The translations under genes and the position numbers were made by a program. Under the pieces are notes generated by a model that was given only the letters and a program-made list of their open reading frames with translations, was not told where the DNA came from and did no database searches. DNA of 63,403 nucleotides from Guillardia theta CCMP2712 (taxonomy: Eukaryota > Protista > Cryptophyta), in contig NW_005434630.1 of assembly GCF_000315625.1 (NCBI RefSeq), positions 496,001-559,403 on the forward strand, read 5' to 3'. Below, one piece after another: positions 10,474-21,185 of this stretch. Positions within the stretch are counted from its first letter, which is position 1, and each line of letters opens with the position of its first letter.

Positions 10474-12591
10474 ATGGAGAGAAGGATGGAAGAGATGGAA
10501 GCAAGGAGAAGAGAGGAGGTGGAGGCTGAGCTGCGAGGTCCGGTCGAGAAGGTCCTTCGCAACCTTGATTTTGCCCGTTCGGCTCGGCTCGACAGCGCAA
10601 CTGCAGCATGGGAGATCAGCGAGATCGAGATCAAGACGCTCGAGCATGCAGAGAGACTCGGGCAACAAGTGAGATCAGAGAGTGCTGAGGATCAGGTACT
10701 GCAAGAGACGCTGTCTTGCTGTAGAAGAGACCCACGAATCGAAGTACACTACTTCAACCAATGCTTCCAGGATTCCTATGGCCATCGTTTGAACGCAGAA
10801 GCAGAGGAAGCTCTCAATGAGGAGATTCAGTCCGAGGGACGGAGAGAACAGCACGTTGCAGCACAGGAGATGGCTTGCCAAGACAAGGCTTGGTTGCACC
10901 ATGTGCGGGAGTCAGAGCGCAGGCGAACCCTTCGGAAAGCTCTGCAGGCAGAGGCGAAGCTGATCGAATTTCAGGAGAGATGTAGAAGTCTGCACGAGGA
11001 GGAGGCTGCAAGTAGATCCAACTTTGAGGAAGGTCACGTCATCGAAACCATCGCAAGATCAGAAGAAGTCTGTGCTCGACGCTTCCACGACTTCGTTTGT
11101 GACTGGCGTATTTTATGCAGGAGATGTTGTGGAGAAGGAACGACGCTCTGCTCGATGCGGCATCGGATCGTCGAAGACTCGAAGACCTGCGGTTGAAGAG
11201 AATCGCGGAGCAAGAAGAAGAAGCAAGGCTGCAGCAGTCAGTGAAGGTGTACATGGAGAATCTGGTGCAAGAGGCGATGAAGGTGTGTGCGGACCTCGAT
11301 GTCCTGCCTGCATCTTTTCTCTTTGATGGAGTTTGTCGTTAGATCTCACTTCGTGGAGAGCGAGAGCGACGGGAGAAATGGAACAGAATCCATGAGATCC
11401 GTTCGGCCCGCCTGAAACTGAGGCGAAAACGTGCTGGAGGAGCTAGTGAGGCCCAGCAGGTCTAAGTTCGATCTTGTCACGCGCAGCTGCTTTGAGCGAT
11501 CAACCAGTGTCCTGACTTGGTGTTGTCAGAATCTCCAGAGACTTGGCTTGCAGAATGCCGATGAGGAGACGCTCTCCAAAGAAGAGAAGTAGCTTTGTCA
11601 GGCTGCTGGCTCAAGGTTGACACGAGAGTTACTATCGCAGAAAGCTGCTTGCTGAACTTGACAAAAACTGCTCCGAGCTGGGGAGGAACATGTCTTATAG
11701 GTCGGTGGCTGCAGTCGTATCCAGATGATTGCGACTGCTGCTCGGCTGATTCTTCTTGCGCAGCATGGAGGATTGGATCGCAAAGGCCTCGAAATTGGAG
11801 GACGTCTTCTTTCAATCAAGGAAGCCTTCGTCGCTGCTCAAGTCTGACCCTCACCTCCCCATCCCCTTCAGCATCGTCTCTGCGCTCACTTTCACTGCAC
11901 AGATACCTCGATGAGTGGGGTTCGAGGAGCAGGGGAGAGAACACAAGGGAGCGGGAAGAAAGGAGGGAAAAGCCTGTTCCATCGGAGAAGCAGTCAACGC
12001 CAGTGCCCGAGGAATTGAGAGAGAGAGTGCAGCAGGTGTGCCTTTCTTCTCCCGGCGACTCGAGAGCCTGAAGCTAGCCTTCGCGCAGCTCTGGGACGAC
12101 ATCGTGATGCTGATCAGCTACAGCTCTACCTACGAGCTGTCTGAACAAGATGCAGAGCTCCTGCTCCGACTGTCGAGGGTGTGGACAAGAGTGACGGTGA
12201 GTCTGTTTGGTTAGAGCGAGCAGGGGTTACTTGTGCTGTCAAGGTGCTCCGGTCGGCCGTGGACCCTTCAATCCTTCGATCGCAGGAAAGCTGGCAGCAG
12301 CGGGAGAACCCAGCAGGCAGCGAAGACGTGATTACAGGTGAGAAGAAGAATACTGCTCATTTCATCTTGACATATGGTGTAACGAAGAGAGGAGAGAACG
12401 CGACGAGGAGCAAGTCCAAGGGTTTGTTTCCTTCAGAGAGCACATTCACATTCAGGTCGTCGTCGTGTGTTGTGATGTCAAACTGAGAGTTTGCGCAGGT
12501 ACAGGAGTGCGAGGCGGAGATCGCAAGTCTTAAGATGGTTATTCAAGATCTGGTAGATATCAACAAAGCCCTCCAAGACAACCGCACATGA
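10474..12591 (+). CDS. Coiled-coil hypothetical protein (multi-exon)
   Basis: Glu/Arg-rich ORF segments (MERRMEEMEARRREE...) linked by short introns. The last exon VQECEAEIASLKMVIQDLVDINKALQDNRT ends at TGA 12589-12591. Confidence 0.65.
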
Positions 12592-12647
12592 CAGCCAAGG
12601 AAGTTTAAAGGACTTTATTACATCTGCGAATCCCTATCCCAAACTTC

Positions 12648-12821
12648 TTACCATCTGGGAAACACAATCTGTCAGCAAAAAAAGTGGCGAGGAAAGAATT
12701 AGAAAACTCACGGGCGGTTGTCGAGGTCAGAGTTCCATGATGGCCAAGTGCCGTTGAAGGCGAGGGGGAGCTGCTCATGGTGCTGGTACTCCTGGCGCCA
12801 CATCCACAAAGTCTGGAACAT
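12648..12821 (-). CDS. Putative small peptide (~38 aa, MFQTLWMWRQEYQHHEQLPLAFNGTWPSWNSDLDNRPW), or the last exons of a small gene
   Basis: GC-rich 110-nt exon, a GTGAG intron (12655-12711) with ctgac branch site, and a 7-nt terminal exon giving an in-frame stop. Confidence 0.4.
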
Positions 12822-13152
12822 CTGGATAGATTGTCAATACTTCAACAGAATGAGAATCATTCTCAAAAGACCAGCAAAGAAGCACAAATACATTTTGCGA
12901 TGGACATCGATCATGAGGGAACATGTTTCTGTAGTGTTTTCCTTACGGAAACCATGGGAAACATCATTATCCGGCATCTCACACTATGCATTATCATGCT
13001 CGTTCAAGAATAAGAAGGTCTTTCATCAAATATCCCGCTTGTCATCTACAAACTACTTGTGTTCATCCCAATCATTAATCTCTCACACCATACAACTTCT
13101 TTCTGTATTATATCATACTTCATTGTCGCTTCTCTCTCGTCTCTCCTTGTTT

Positions 13153-13275
13153 TCCTCCTCCTCCTCCTCCTCCTCCTCCTCCTCCTCCTCCTCCTCCTCC
13201 TCCTCCTCATCATCATCCTAATCATCCTCATCATCATCCTCATCATCATAATCCTCATCATCATCATCATCATCG
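13153..13275. repeat. (CCT)n/(CAT)n microsatellite
   Basis: Seen directly. Confidence 0.9.
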
Positions 13276-14000
13276 TCTTCACCTTCTGGTTTGTTACTTC
13301 AGGCCTGCTTGCCCTCGATTATAAAGCACTTCCACCACCCCACCTCCTATTCTTGAGATCAGTTTAACCCTACCCCCAGAAATCTCTGTGACCTTGATGC
13401 ACCGCTACTGTTGAAGGTACCTACCTTGTATTTATGCTAAATTCATTTCGAGAAATATGGGGTTATCCAATTACCCCACCCCACTCAATATGACAAAACA
13501 TGGAAAACTTCCAGTCAGAACCCCACCATGAACATCTGAATACCACCCCACCCTCAAACAAGGCGTTCGACGACATTCCCAAAATAGACTGAGACAAGTG
13601 ACCACATCCTCCCACATCCCCTCATCGATCCTGGGAAACTCATCCCCCTCCTTCACCTGCGCGTGAAAGGTATTTAGCTAATGGAGTTTGAAATAAGACC
13701 ATAGGCGAAAATGCTGAAGGAGGAATACGAGGAGAAGGGACAAAGAGGCAGAGAGAGGGAAGGGAGAAAGGAAGAGAAGGAGAAAAGAGTTGAGATGGAA
13801 AGTTTGTATCCATGAGCTGATTTGTTGTTGAGAGGAGGTGGGAAAGGACAACACGATCAAAGAGGTTGAAGAATGCAGATGAAACAGGAGGTCGGAAACT
13901 GTGATCGAATCGATCCCAGTGCAACATTAATATCAAGGATTCACTTATGGATAACAGGTTTGCTCTGCTTTTCGACAGACGGCGAATTCAAGGATATGAA

Positions 14001-15819
14001 ATGAAGCAGGTAGGCAAGAAGAAACACGTCCGTGCTATGGCAATGCTGATGGCGGCTGTCTTGCTCGCGGCAAGTGACTGGAGTGTTCTTGCAACACAAC
14101 GACCCTCAAAGGAAAAGACAGGCTGGAGCATATCGGTGCAAACGGCTCTGAGACTCAGAGGAGGGAAACGGAGGAGGATAAGAGAGCCTATCACAGGAAT
14201 CCTGTCAGGGCTCAAGGAACGAAGCCCCAAGAGCCCTTACTACTATGAGCAGCGAGAGTTGGCCGCGGAAATGCGGAAGCATCGCAAGAAGAGCAAGAGG
14301 AAGGAGAAGGAGGTTGACTGGGAGAAGGAGCTGAGGGAGAAGAGAGAAGGTCTGATCGATCCCAAGAAGCTTCCCGACGAGAAGAAGTTTGGAAAGAAGA
14401 GAAAGAAGAGCATGATGGAAGACCTCGCCTACCTGCAGAGGAACATGTCTCTACGTCAGGAGAAGACGCTGAGTGACGCGGGGATCACGCTCGACAGCCT
14501 GATGGAGACGAGGCCGCAGTTTCACCTGATGAACCTGACGGTCAGCCCCTGAGCTCGACCAGGACAGTGCTGATTGCTGCAACAGAAGACACAGCTGATC
14601 GAGCTCGGCGGGGTTCTCACCAAGCACTGCGAGTAAGACTCCTCCCTTGCTCTCGTGCCACTAACGTGCCGGAGGGTGGTGAACGACTGGATAGACCGCA
14701 AGAGGAAGGGGGAGGAGACGGGGGAGTTCGACGAGGTCAAGTGAGCGAATGCCATTCGAATCTCCAGCGATGTTGGACGGCTCAAGTGTCGGCAGGGACG
14801 AGAAGACGAAGCAGAGGCTAAGGCTTTTCGACGCCATCGAGTTCGGTATCTTTTGCTGCCACCATCTCCCCCTCCCTGCTCGCCCATCCCTTGCCTCTCC
14901 CTCCTCCTGCTCCTGCCTTCCGTCAGCCGCGTGTTGCAGGAAACCTGAAGCAATTCTTATCCGCCATTGAGCTGGGAGCGGACGTGAACTCTTGCTATCA
15001 GAACGAGGTATCGCTCTCTGCCCCTCTTCCTTCTAGTTCACACACACTCTCCTCCTGCCAGGATCTTCCTCAGCAGTTGGGCATGAGCCCGCTGCAGCTC
15101 GCGTGCTCGCTGGGTAGGCGAGAGATGTGCCGCATCCTCCTCGAGGTTTGACAGTCTTCTGTTCCTCCCCCGTGTGATTGCTCGCAGCACGGAGCCAACG
15201 CAACATTCCGCGACCCTCGGTGCTCTGTCCTCTCTCCCCCCTCTTAGTTCATCCCTCCTCCTCTTCTCTTCGCTTATCCTCCTCTGCAGAATGGAGACTC
15301 CCCTCCACTACGCTGCAATGAAAGACGACGCTGAGGTGGTGAGGATGCTGACAGCAAAGGTCTACCTATCCTCCGACTTCGCGTCATGCTTCCACTGAGC
15401 CTCATGGCAGGAGGTCCCTGTCAATGTTCGCAACCTCCACAGCTACGATCCCTTGTACGCCCTCGTCCTCGTCCTCGTCCTTGTCCTCGTCCTCGTTGTC
15501 TTCGTTGTTTCAGCTCTCCTCATACCTTGCAGGCACCTTGCAGCTGGCTTGGGAAACGTCAAGGTTGCAGCGGCGCTGCTTGATGCGGGGGCGAATTTCA
15601 GTCGGACTGTGAAGCCTTGGCGGGAGCCGGGGATGGAGTTTCTAAAGGGGATTCCATGCTTCAATCCAAACTCGTACGACAACTGCTGCTCCTTCTCCTG
15701 CCCCCCCCTGACCGTTAAGCTGCAGATGTGCGGTTGCTGTTCTATGCCATCAGGTGGAGGTCGTCGAGCTCTTCCGGGCCCGGGGGATACTCCCGAAACA
15801 TCTCGAGGCTTATAGGTGA
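14001..15819 (+). CDS. Signal peptide + LRLRGG + basic region + ankyrin repeats (multi-exon)
   Basis: Leader MAMLMAAVLLAASDWSVLA. LRLRGG at 14148-14165. ANK motifs LGMSPLQLACSLG, METPLHYAAMKD and HLAAGLGNVKVAAALLDAGA. Ends at 15819, or at 16039/16127 if a final intron is spliced. Confidence 0.8.
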
Positions 15820-16006
15820 GGAGGCCGAGGAGGAGGAGGAGAAGGTGGTGGTGGTGGCGGAGGAGGAGGAGGAGGAGGAGGAGGTGGTGGTGGTCGTGGT
15901 GGTGGGGCAAGCTGAGCAGATTGTCAGAGGCCCTCGAGGAGGGGGACAAGGCGAGCAGCAAGGAGAGAAGCGAGTGTTGGGACCTTGGGAGGCTCGAGGA
16001 TTCACT

Positions 16007-19000
16007 TCATTCCGGCCTGCCGGATTCTCTGGCTCGTAAGATCGCCTTGGCTGCTGTCTTGCCCTTCCGATTCTTGAGGTTCGGATCGGCTCCGAACTCC
16101 TCGATCAGGACCTGCCGACGAGAGTGAAGGAGGGGAGAGCAGGATAAAGTCTCATTAGAAGTCTTCCCACCCGCACTGCCTCCCACGCCTTGGCCTTCAC
16201 AGCGAGGTAGAGGGGAGAGTTTCCTGCCCTTGTGTCACTTTTATCCGTGTCTCATCTCTACCTGCCTTCTTCGTTCTGTGCGTCCACTTCCGCCCCTGCC
16301 CTGCAGAGCAGCCGCACGACCTGAGAACTCTGAGCTCGCTCTCTCCCCCTCCCTCTCCCTCCCTTCCCCCCCGCCCCCCCGGATCCTCCTCCCCTTCCTC
16401 CTCCTCCTCCTTCTCGTACATCGACGTGATTGTTGCTCGCTGCCCAGTGGAGGATGTGCCATCCCTTGCGATCTACAAAGTTTACGTTTGCACCATGCTC
16501 CTGCAGGCCACACTCAACGAGGGAGAGAGTGCGGGGGCAGGAGCAGAGCAAGAGTCGATTCTTGCCAGAAGGAGGCTGACAACTTCCGCATGCCCATTCT
16601 CAGCCGCCGCCTACAGCAAGAGCAGTTACAGAAGCGAGAAGCGGGGGGGGGGGGAGACGGAGGGAAGGAGAAGGAAGCAGCAAAGGGAGGAGCCGTTGCG
16701 AGCTGATACGGGTCGGAGAGTAGGGGAAAGAGGAAGTGGAGGAGGATGAAAACGAGGAGGAGGACGAGGAGACCTTGAGGGGAGTGTAGTTGACGAGGTA
16801 GAAGCAATGAGGATGCAGCTCTCCTCCACTCGATACCTTCACCATCTTCATTACCTCGTCATCGGTCTCATCATGCTCACCGCGTCTACGTCGCTGCTGT
16901 TGACGGAGAGGAGGAAGCGGCAGATCTCCGCATGCCCTGGCCGGCTTGTCATGTCGAGGGAGAAAGGGAGCAAGGGGCTACCTCGAGAGGAGGCGAAGAA
17001 GAGGCAACGAGGAGCGTACGGGTCGTAGGAGATGTCGGGGGGGAGAGGAAGGTTGGGGGGGAGCTGAGCACGGGCTCTTGGAGGAGCGCAGACGTCAGCA
17101 CCCTTGGCGACGACGCTCTTAAGCAGGTCCAACTCTCCGTTGATAGAAGCCTGTCGAGCCCGCTCGCACAAACAGTCGAAAACCTGAGACAGCACTCAGC
17201 CCCTTCTGCCACCTCCTCCTCCTGCCTTGCTCTTGCTTCTTCCCTCTTCCTCGCGCTCTTTCTCCAGCCTCACACCCACTGGCACCCCCCCATGCCGCTG
17301 CTATTTTGTCCCCTCCCTGTCGTCCTCCCCCTCCTTCTCGCCTGTGTATAGAGCGACTTCGCATCCTTGAGGTACTCCTGGAGTGTCGCGATACTTCGTC
17401 CGTCTTCGTCCAGCGGGATCTTATGACAATTCATAAGGAAGGTGAGAGAGAGCAAGAGCAAGGGCAAGGGCAAGGGCAAGGGCAAGGGCAAGGGCAAGGG
17501 CAAGGGCAAGGGCAAGGGCAAGGGCAAGGGCAAGGGCAAGGGCAAGGGCAAGGGCAAGGGCAAGGGCAAGGGCAAGGGCAAGGGCAAGGGCAAGATATCT
17601 CGAGTCCGCACCTGGTTCTCCTTGCAAGAAATGGAGGCATCATCGTCGGGAGGAAGAGAATCCCCCGCTGTCGCGTTGAGGTATCCTCCCGGAGCGAACT
17701 CGCTGACCCTCTCGATCTCGTAGACGAGGTCCCTGATAAGCTGATTGACTTCGGCCAGGGTAACCTGCCGGCACTGGTGGTCAGCTCCAGCAGCGGACAA
17801 GCAAGCTCACCTTGTTCGACACCAGGTTCTTCGATTCCTCTGCAGCATATCTGCATGGAGGAGGTGAGAAGAAAGGCGGAAGAAGAGAAGAGGGACAGGC
17901 GAGATTGAACACGATCAGGCATACAAGGACAGCTGGGGTTTGAGGCAACGGTAGCCGGACAGTGTCGAGAACACCTGACTTCGATGCGGACTTTCTTGAC
18001 GACGATGAATCCTCGGTTCACGATACGTCGAGCTTCTTGTGGGCTGATGGAGGGGGTCAGAAAGATCACCTCAGCCTTCTTGCCTCACGTCGCGTAAGTC
18101 ACGAAGGCGAACCCGGCGCTGTAAAGGATGTTGTCTTGCCTCTTGATAACGTCGCACGACACAACCTGAAACGTCTCAGCTCACGCCGCGTCATCTCCCC
18201 TCTTCCTCGTCGTCTTTCTCCTCCTCCTCCTCCTCCTCCTCCTCCTCGACCTCCCCGAATCTTCTGAGGACGGGAAGCAATTCCGACGCGATGAGCTGCG
18301 AGCACGGGGAGTCAGAAGGGGAGACGGAGACAGCAGGAGGAGGGTTGACCTGTCTTGTTCCCCCGAGGAAGACCTTGTTTGTCTTGCCCGTCTGCGTGTT
18401 CCTCACCTTAGAAAACTCTCGATCCGCCATCTTGGAGAAGACGATCTGCTCCCTGATGCGCATGGGCCCATGGCTGATGCACTGCAGCGGCCGGTGAGCG
18501 TGGCAGCGAGCGACCGAACCCTCACCTTCATCGCCTGCGCGCTGCTCGCAAACATGACAAACGCGTATCCCTTCGGCTCATCGGTCACTTGGTCGCGGAT
18601 CACCACCAGGTCTGCAACGTCAATTGAGTTTCCCAACCTCCTCCTCCTCCTCCACCAGCACCACCACCACCACCTCCTCCTCCTCCTCCTCGTCCTCGTC
18701 CTCCTTATCGTCCTCCTCGCATGCTGTTGACTTATCACCATCAATCTCGCCGCAGAGCCGTTCGATGTTCACCCATAGCTCCCATTCTATCCAACAGCAT
18801 CAGCAGCGCGATCAGCCAACTAGCCTGACCTTGTAAGTCTCCTGTGTTGCCCAGGAACACCGACCGCTGCGCAAGTTTGCTGTCTTGAGGGGGGGGCCTC
18901 TCCCTCGCACTCGCCCTGCCGCCCATATTGGAGATGAGCTGAGCATCAGCAGCAGCGTCGGTCACCCTGGAAAGAACAAGCAGGAGGCGTCAAGGTCAGC

Positions 19001-19290
19001 TCGCAAGCGCTTGAGCAGCCAGAGGACCTGTCGGGCTCGACCATGCCCTGCTCTTGTGACTGAGAGGATCGCCGGGGGATCCACACCTTGGGTCGCTGCA
19101 TGTACTTGCTCCTCAGCGACCTCATGTCCTGCTCTTCCCTGCCCTTCTCCTTCATGTCCGCGTCTCCTCCTCTCAGCCGACAGAGGCAGGGCAGCGATCG
19201 CGGTACCCCTGCACCCGCAAGCGGCTCATGGCGAGAGCTGCAGGAGACGGTGAGGAGGAGGAGGGCGGCGGAGGTGACGTGCTTGAGCAT
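16007..19290 (-). CDS. Signal peptide + RLRGG + RRM domain(s) + ankyrin repeats (multi-exon)
   Basis: Leader MLKHVTSAALLLLTVSCSS. CRLRGG at 19165-19182. RNP-like motifs SVFLGN, KGYAFVMF and KVFLGG. ANK motifs ASINGELDLLKSVVAKGADV, GWHILHWAASNNH and EEFGADPNLKNRKGKTA. Stop at 16007-16009. Confidence 0.8.
17457..17593. repeat. (GGCAAG)n hexamer array, intronic
   Basis: About 22 perfect copies. Confidence 0.95.
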
Positions 19291-19502
19291 GTTCTACTGG
19301 ACCGCTGCTTGCTTCATGTGCTCCAGGAGCGGCGGGGGAAGCAGCGGGGGAGAGGGGGGGGCGGGAGAGCGGGGGGGAGGGGGGGGAGGGAGGGGGGGAA
19401 GGGAGGGGCGCAAAGGCGGTGGAAAAAGAAAAAACAGACTGAGGGAGGGAGCGGTGAGGAAGTGAATGTAAGTGAGGTAGGAAGAGAGAGAAGGAGAGAG
19501 AG

Positions 19503-21005
19503 ATGGGGAGGTTGATGTGCGCCATGATGATGATGGTGAGCGGCATGATTGCGGGAGAGAGCCGACAACACGCCATGGCGTTCGGCCTGATGCAGGGAGT
19601 TGGCATGACGAGAGGGTCGGGGTCGCTGGCATCCTCGACTTCATCCTCCCGCTGCCTCAACATGCAGCTCGGAGGTGCCATGGAGGACAGCCGAGTCTTC
19701 ATCTTCGGTCTCGGATACGTGGGCCAGGCCCTCGCCAAGCATCTCCAGCAGCGCTGGGGATGTCAAGTCAGCGGGACCTCGCGGTCCGGCAGAGAGGCAG
19801 AGAGGCTGAGCAGCCTTGGGATCCGGACCTTCCTCTTCTCGGGGGGGGAAGAGCCTCTAGCGCTGTGCGAGGAGGGGCAGGGGAGGCTGCGGGAAGCAAC
19901 CCACGTCCTCTCCACGATCCCCCCCAGCTCGAACGGGGACCCTGTGCTAGTGGAGCACTGCGAGACGCTGAGGAGCCTCCGCAGCTCGTGGGTCGGCTTC
20001 TTGTCTACCTGTGGCGTCTACGGCGACCACGAGGGCGAGTGGGTGGACGAGGAGAGCGCGACGAGGGTGGGGCAGGAGGATCGGGCGGCCCAGTGGCTGC
20101 AGGTACGTCAACCTTGGAGCATGCGACCTTGACTGAGGGCGAGGGAGGCGGAGGAGAGGTGGCGAGCCTGCACGGGAGGAGGAGGAAACGTCTTCCGGCT
20201 CGCTGGGATCTATGGGACAGGACGATCAGCCATCGATTCCGTCAGGTCCTCCATGGCCCTCCCTCCTCTTCTTCCTCCCTCCTCCTCTTCCCTCTCATCC
20301 CTCTCCTTGCTCCTCCTCCTTCCCCCTTCCCCTCCTCATTCTGCCTCCCTCTTCCCTTCCTCCTCATCTTCCTCGCTCCTCCTCCTCCTCCTCCTCCTCC
20401 TCCTCCTCCCTGATCTTGAGGGAGCGCAGGAGTGGCCGGGCCGCGAGGGAGGACGAGGACAAGCTCGTGTCTCGCATCCATGTTGAAGACATCTGCAGCG
20501 TCCTCCGCGTCTCGATGGAGTCAAACTCCCAAGCTCGAGTATTCAACGTGGCTGACGACTACCCATGCTCCCGCAGTGAGGTACCGTACATGAAGACACT
20601 TGCATCTTCCCGCTCCTGCTGCTCTCCTTCTCGTCCTCCTCCTCGTCCACATCATCATTATCATACCGCCCCTTCCCTTCCTGATTCCAGCACAGGTATA
20701 CAACTTTGTCAGGCATCTGCTGGAGCAGGAGGGAGTCGAGGTTCCCGACGCAGCAGCAGCAGCAGCAGTCACCGATGTGGGCAAGAAGGGGAGGAGGGCG
20801 CGGAGAGGCAGCAAGAAGGTCAGCAACCGAGGATCAAGAGAGAGCTCGGTATCGTGCTGGGGAGGAAAAGTCTTGGAGCTGACCCCCAGCAGGCGTCGAG
20901 CTTGCTTATCCGAGCTACCGTGAGGGGCTTGCGGCTGTCTTGGAAGAGTTGAAGGCATCGGGCGAGCTGACGAGCAGCAGCCGAGGGGAGGCAGGGAAGA
21001 CTTGA
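19503..21005 (+). CDS. YeeZ-like atypical SDR / NAD-dependent epimerase, probably plastid-targeted
   Basis: Motifs VFIFGLGYVG, FLSTCGVYGDHEGEWVDE, FRLAGIYG, VSRIHVEDI, FNVADD and YPSYREGL. Hydrophobic leader followed by 'AMAF'. Apparent 1-nt frameshift at about 20829. Confidence 0.85.
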
Positions 21006-21062
21006 CATGAGTTCAATACAATACCCGATTCTTGACATGAGTTCAATACAATACCCGATTCT
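21001..21062. repeat. Perfect 30-bp tandem duplication
   Basis: cttgacatgagttcaatacaatacccgatt x2. Confidence 0.9.
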
Positions 21063-21185
21063 ACAACGTGCCCTGCTTCTTGAGCACCCCTCGCCCTACT
21101 GGACGCGTCGATATCTCCACGGGACCTGAAGGGTCGAAGTGAGTTGGAGCCAAGCAGCGAGGAAGGAAGAAAGAGAAAGAAAGCA

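Noticed and set aside
17306-18069. ORFs with (QG)n, (KG)n, (CP)n, (LP)n or (AL)n
   Set aside because: These are translations of an intronic GGCAAG microsatellite.
21001-21062. CRISPR-like repeat
   Set aside because: Only two adjacent copies with no spacer, in a eukaryotic context with no cas genes.
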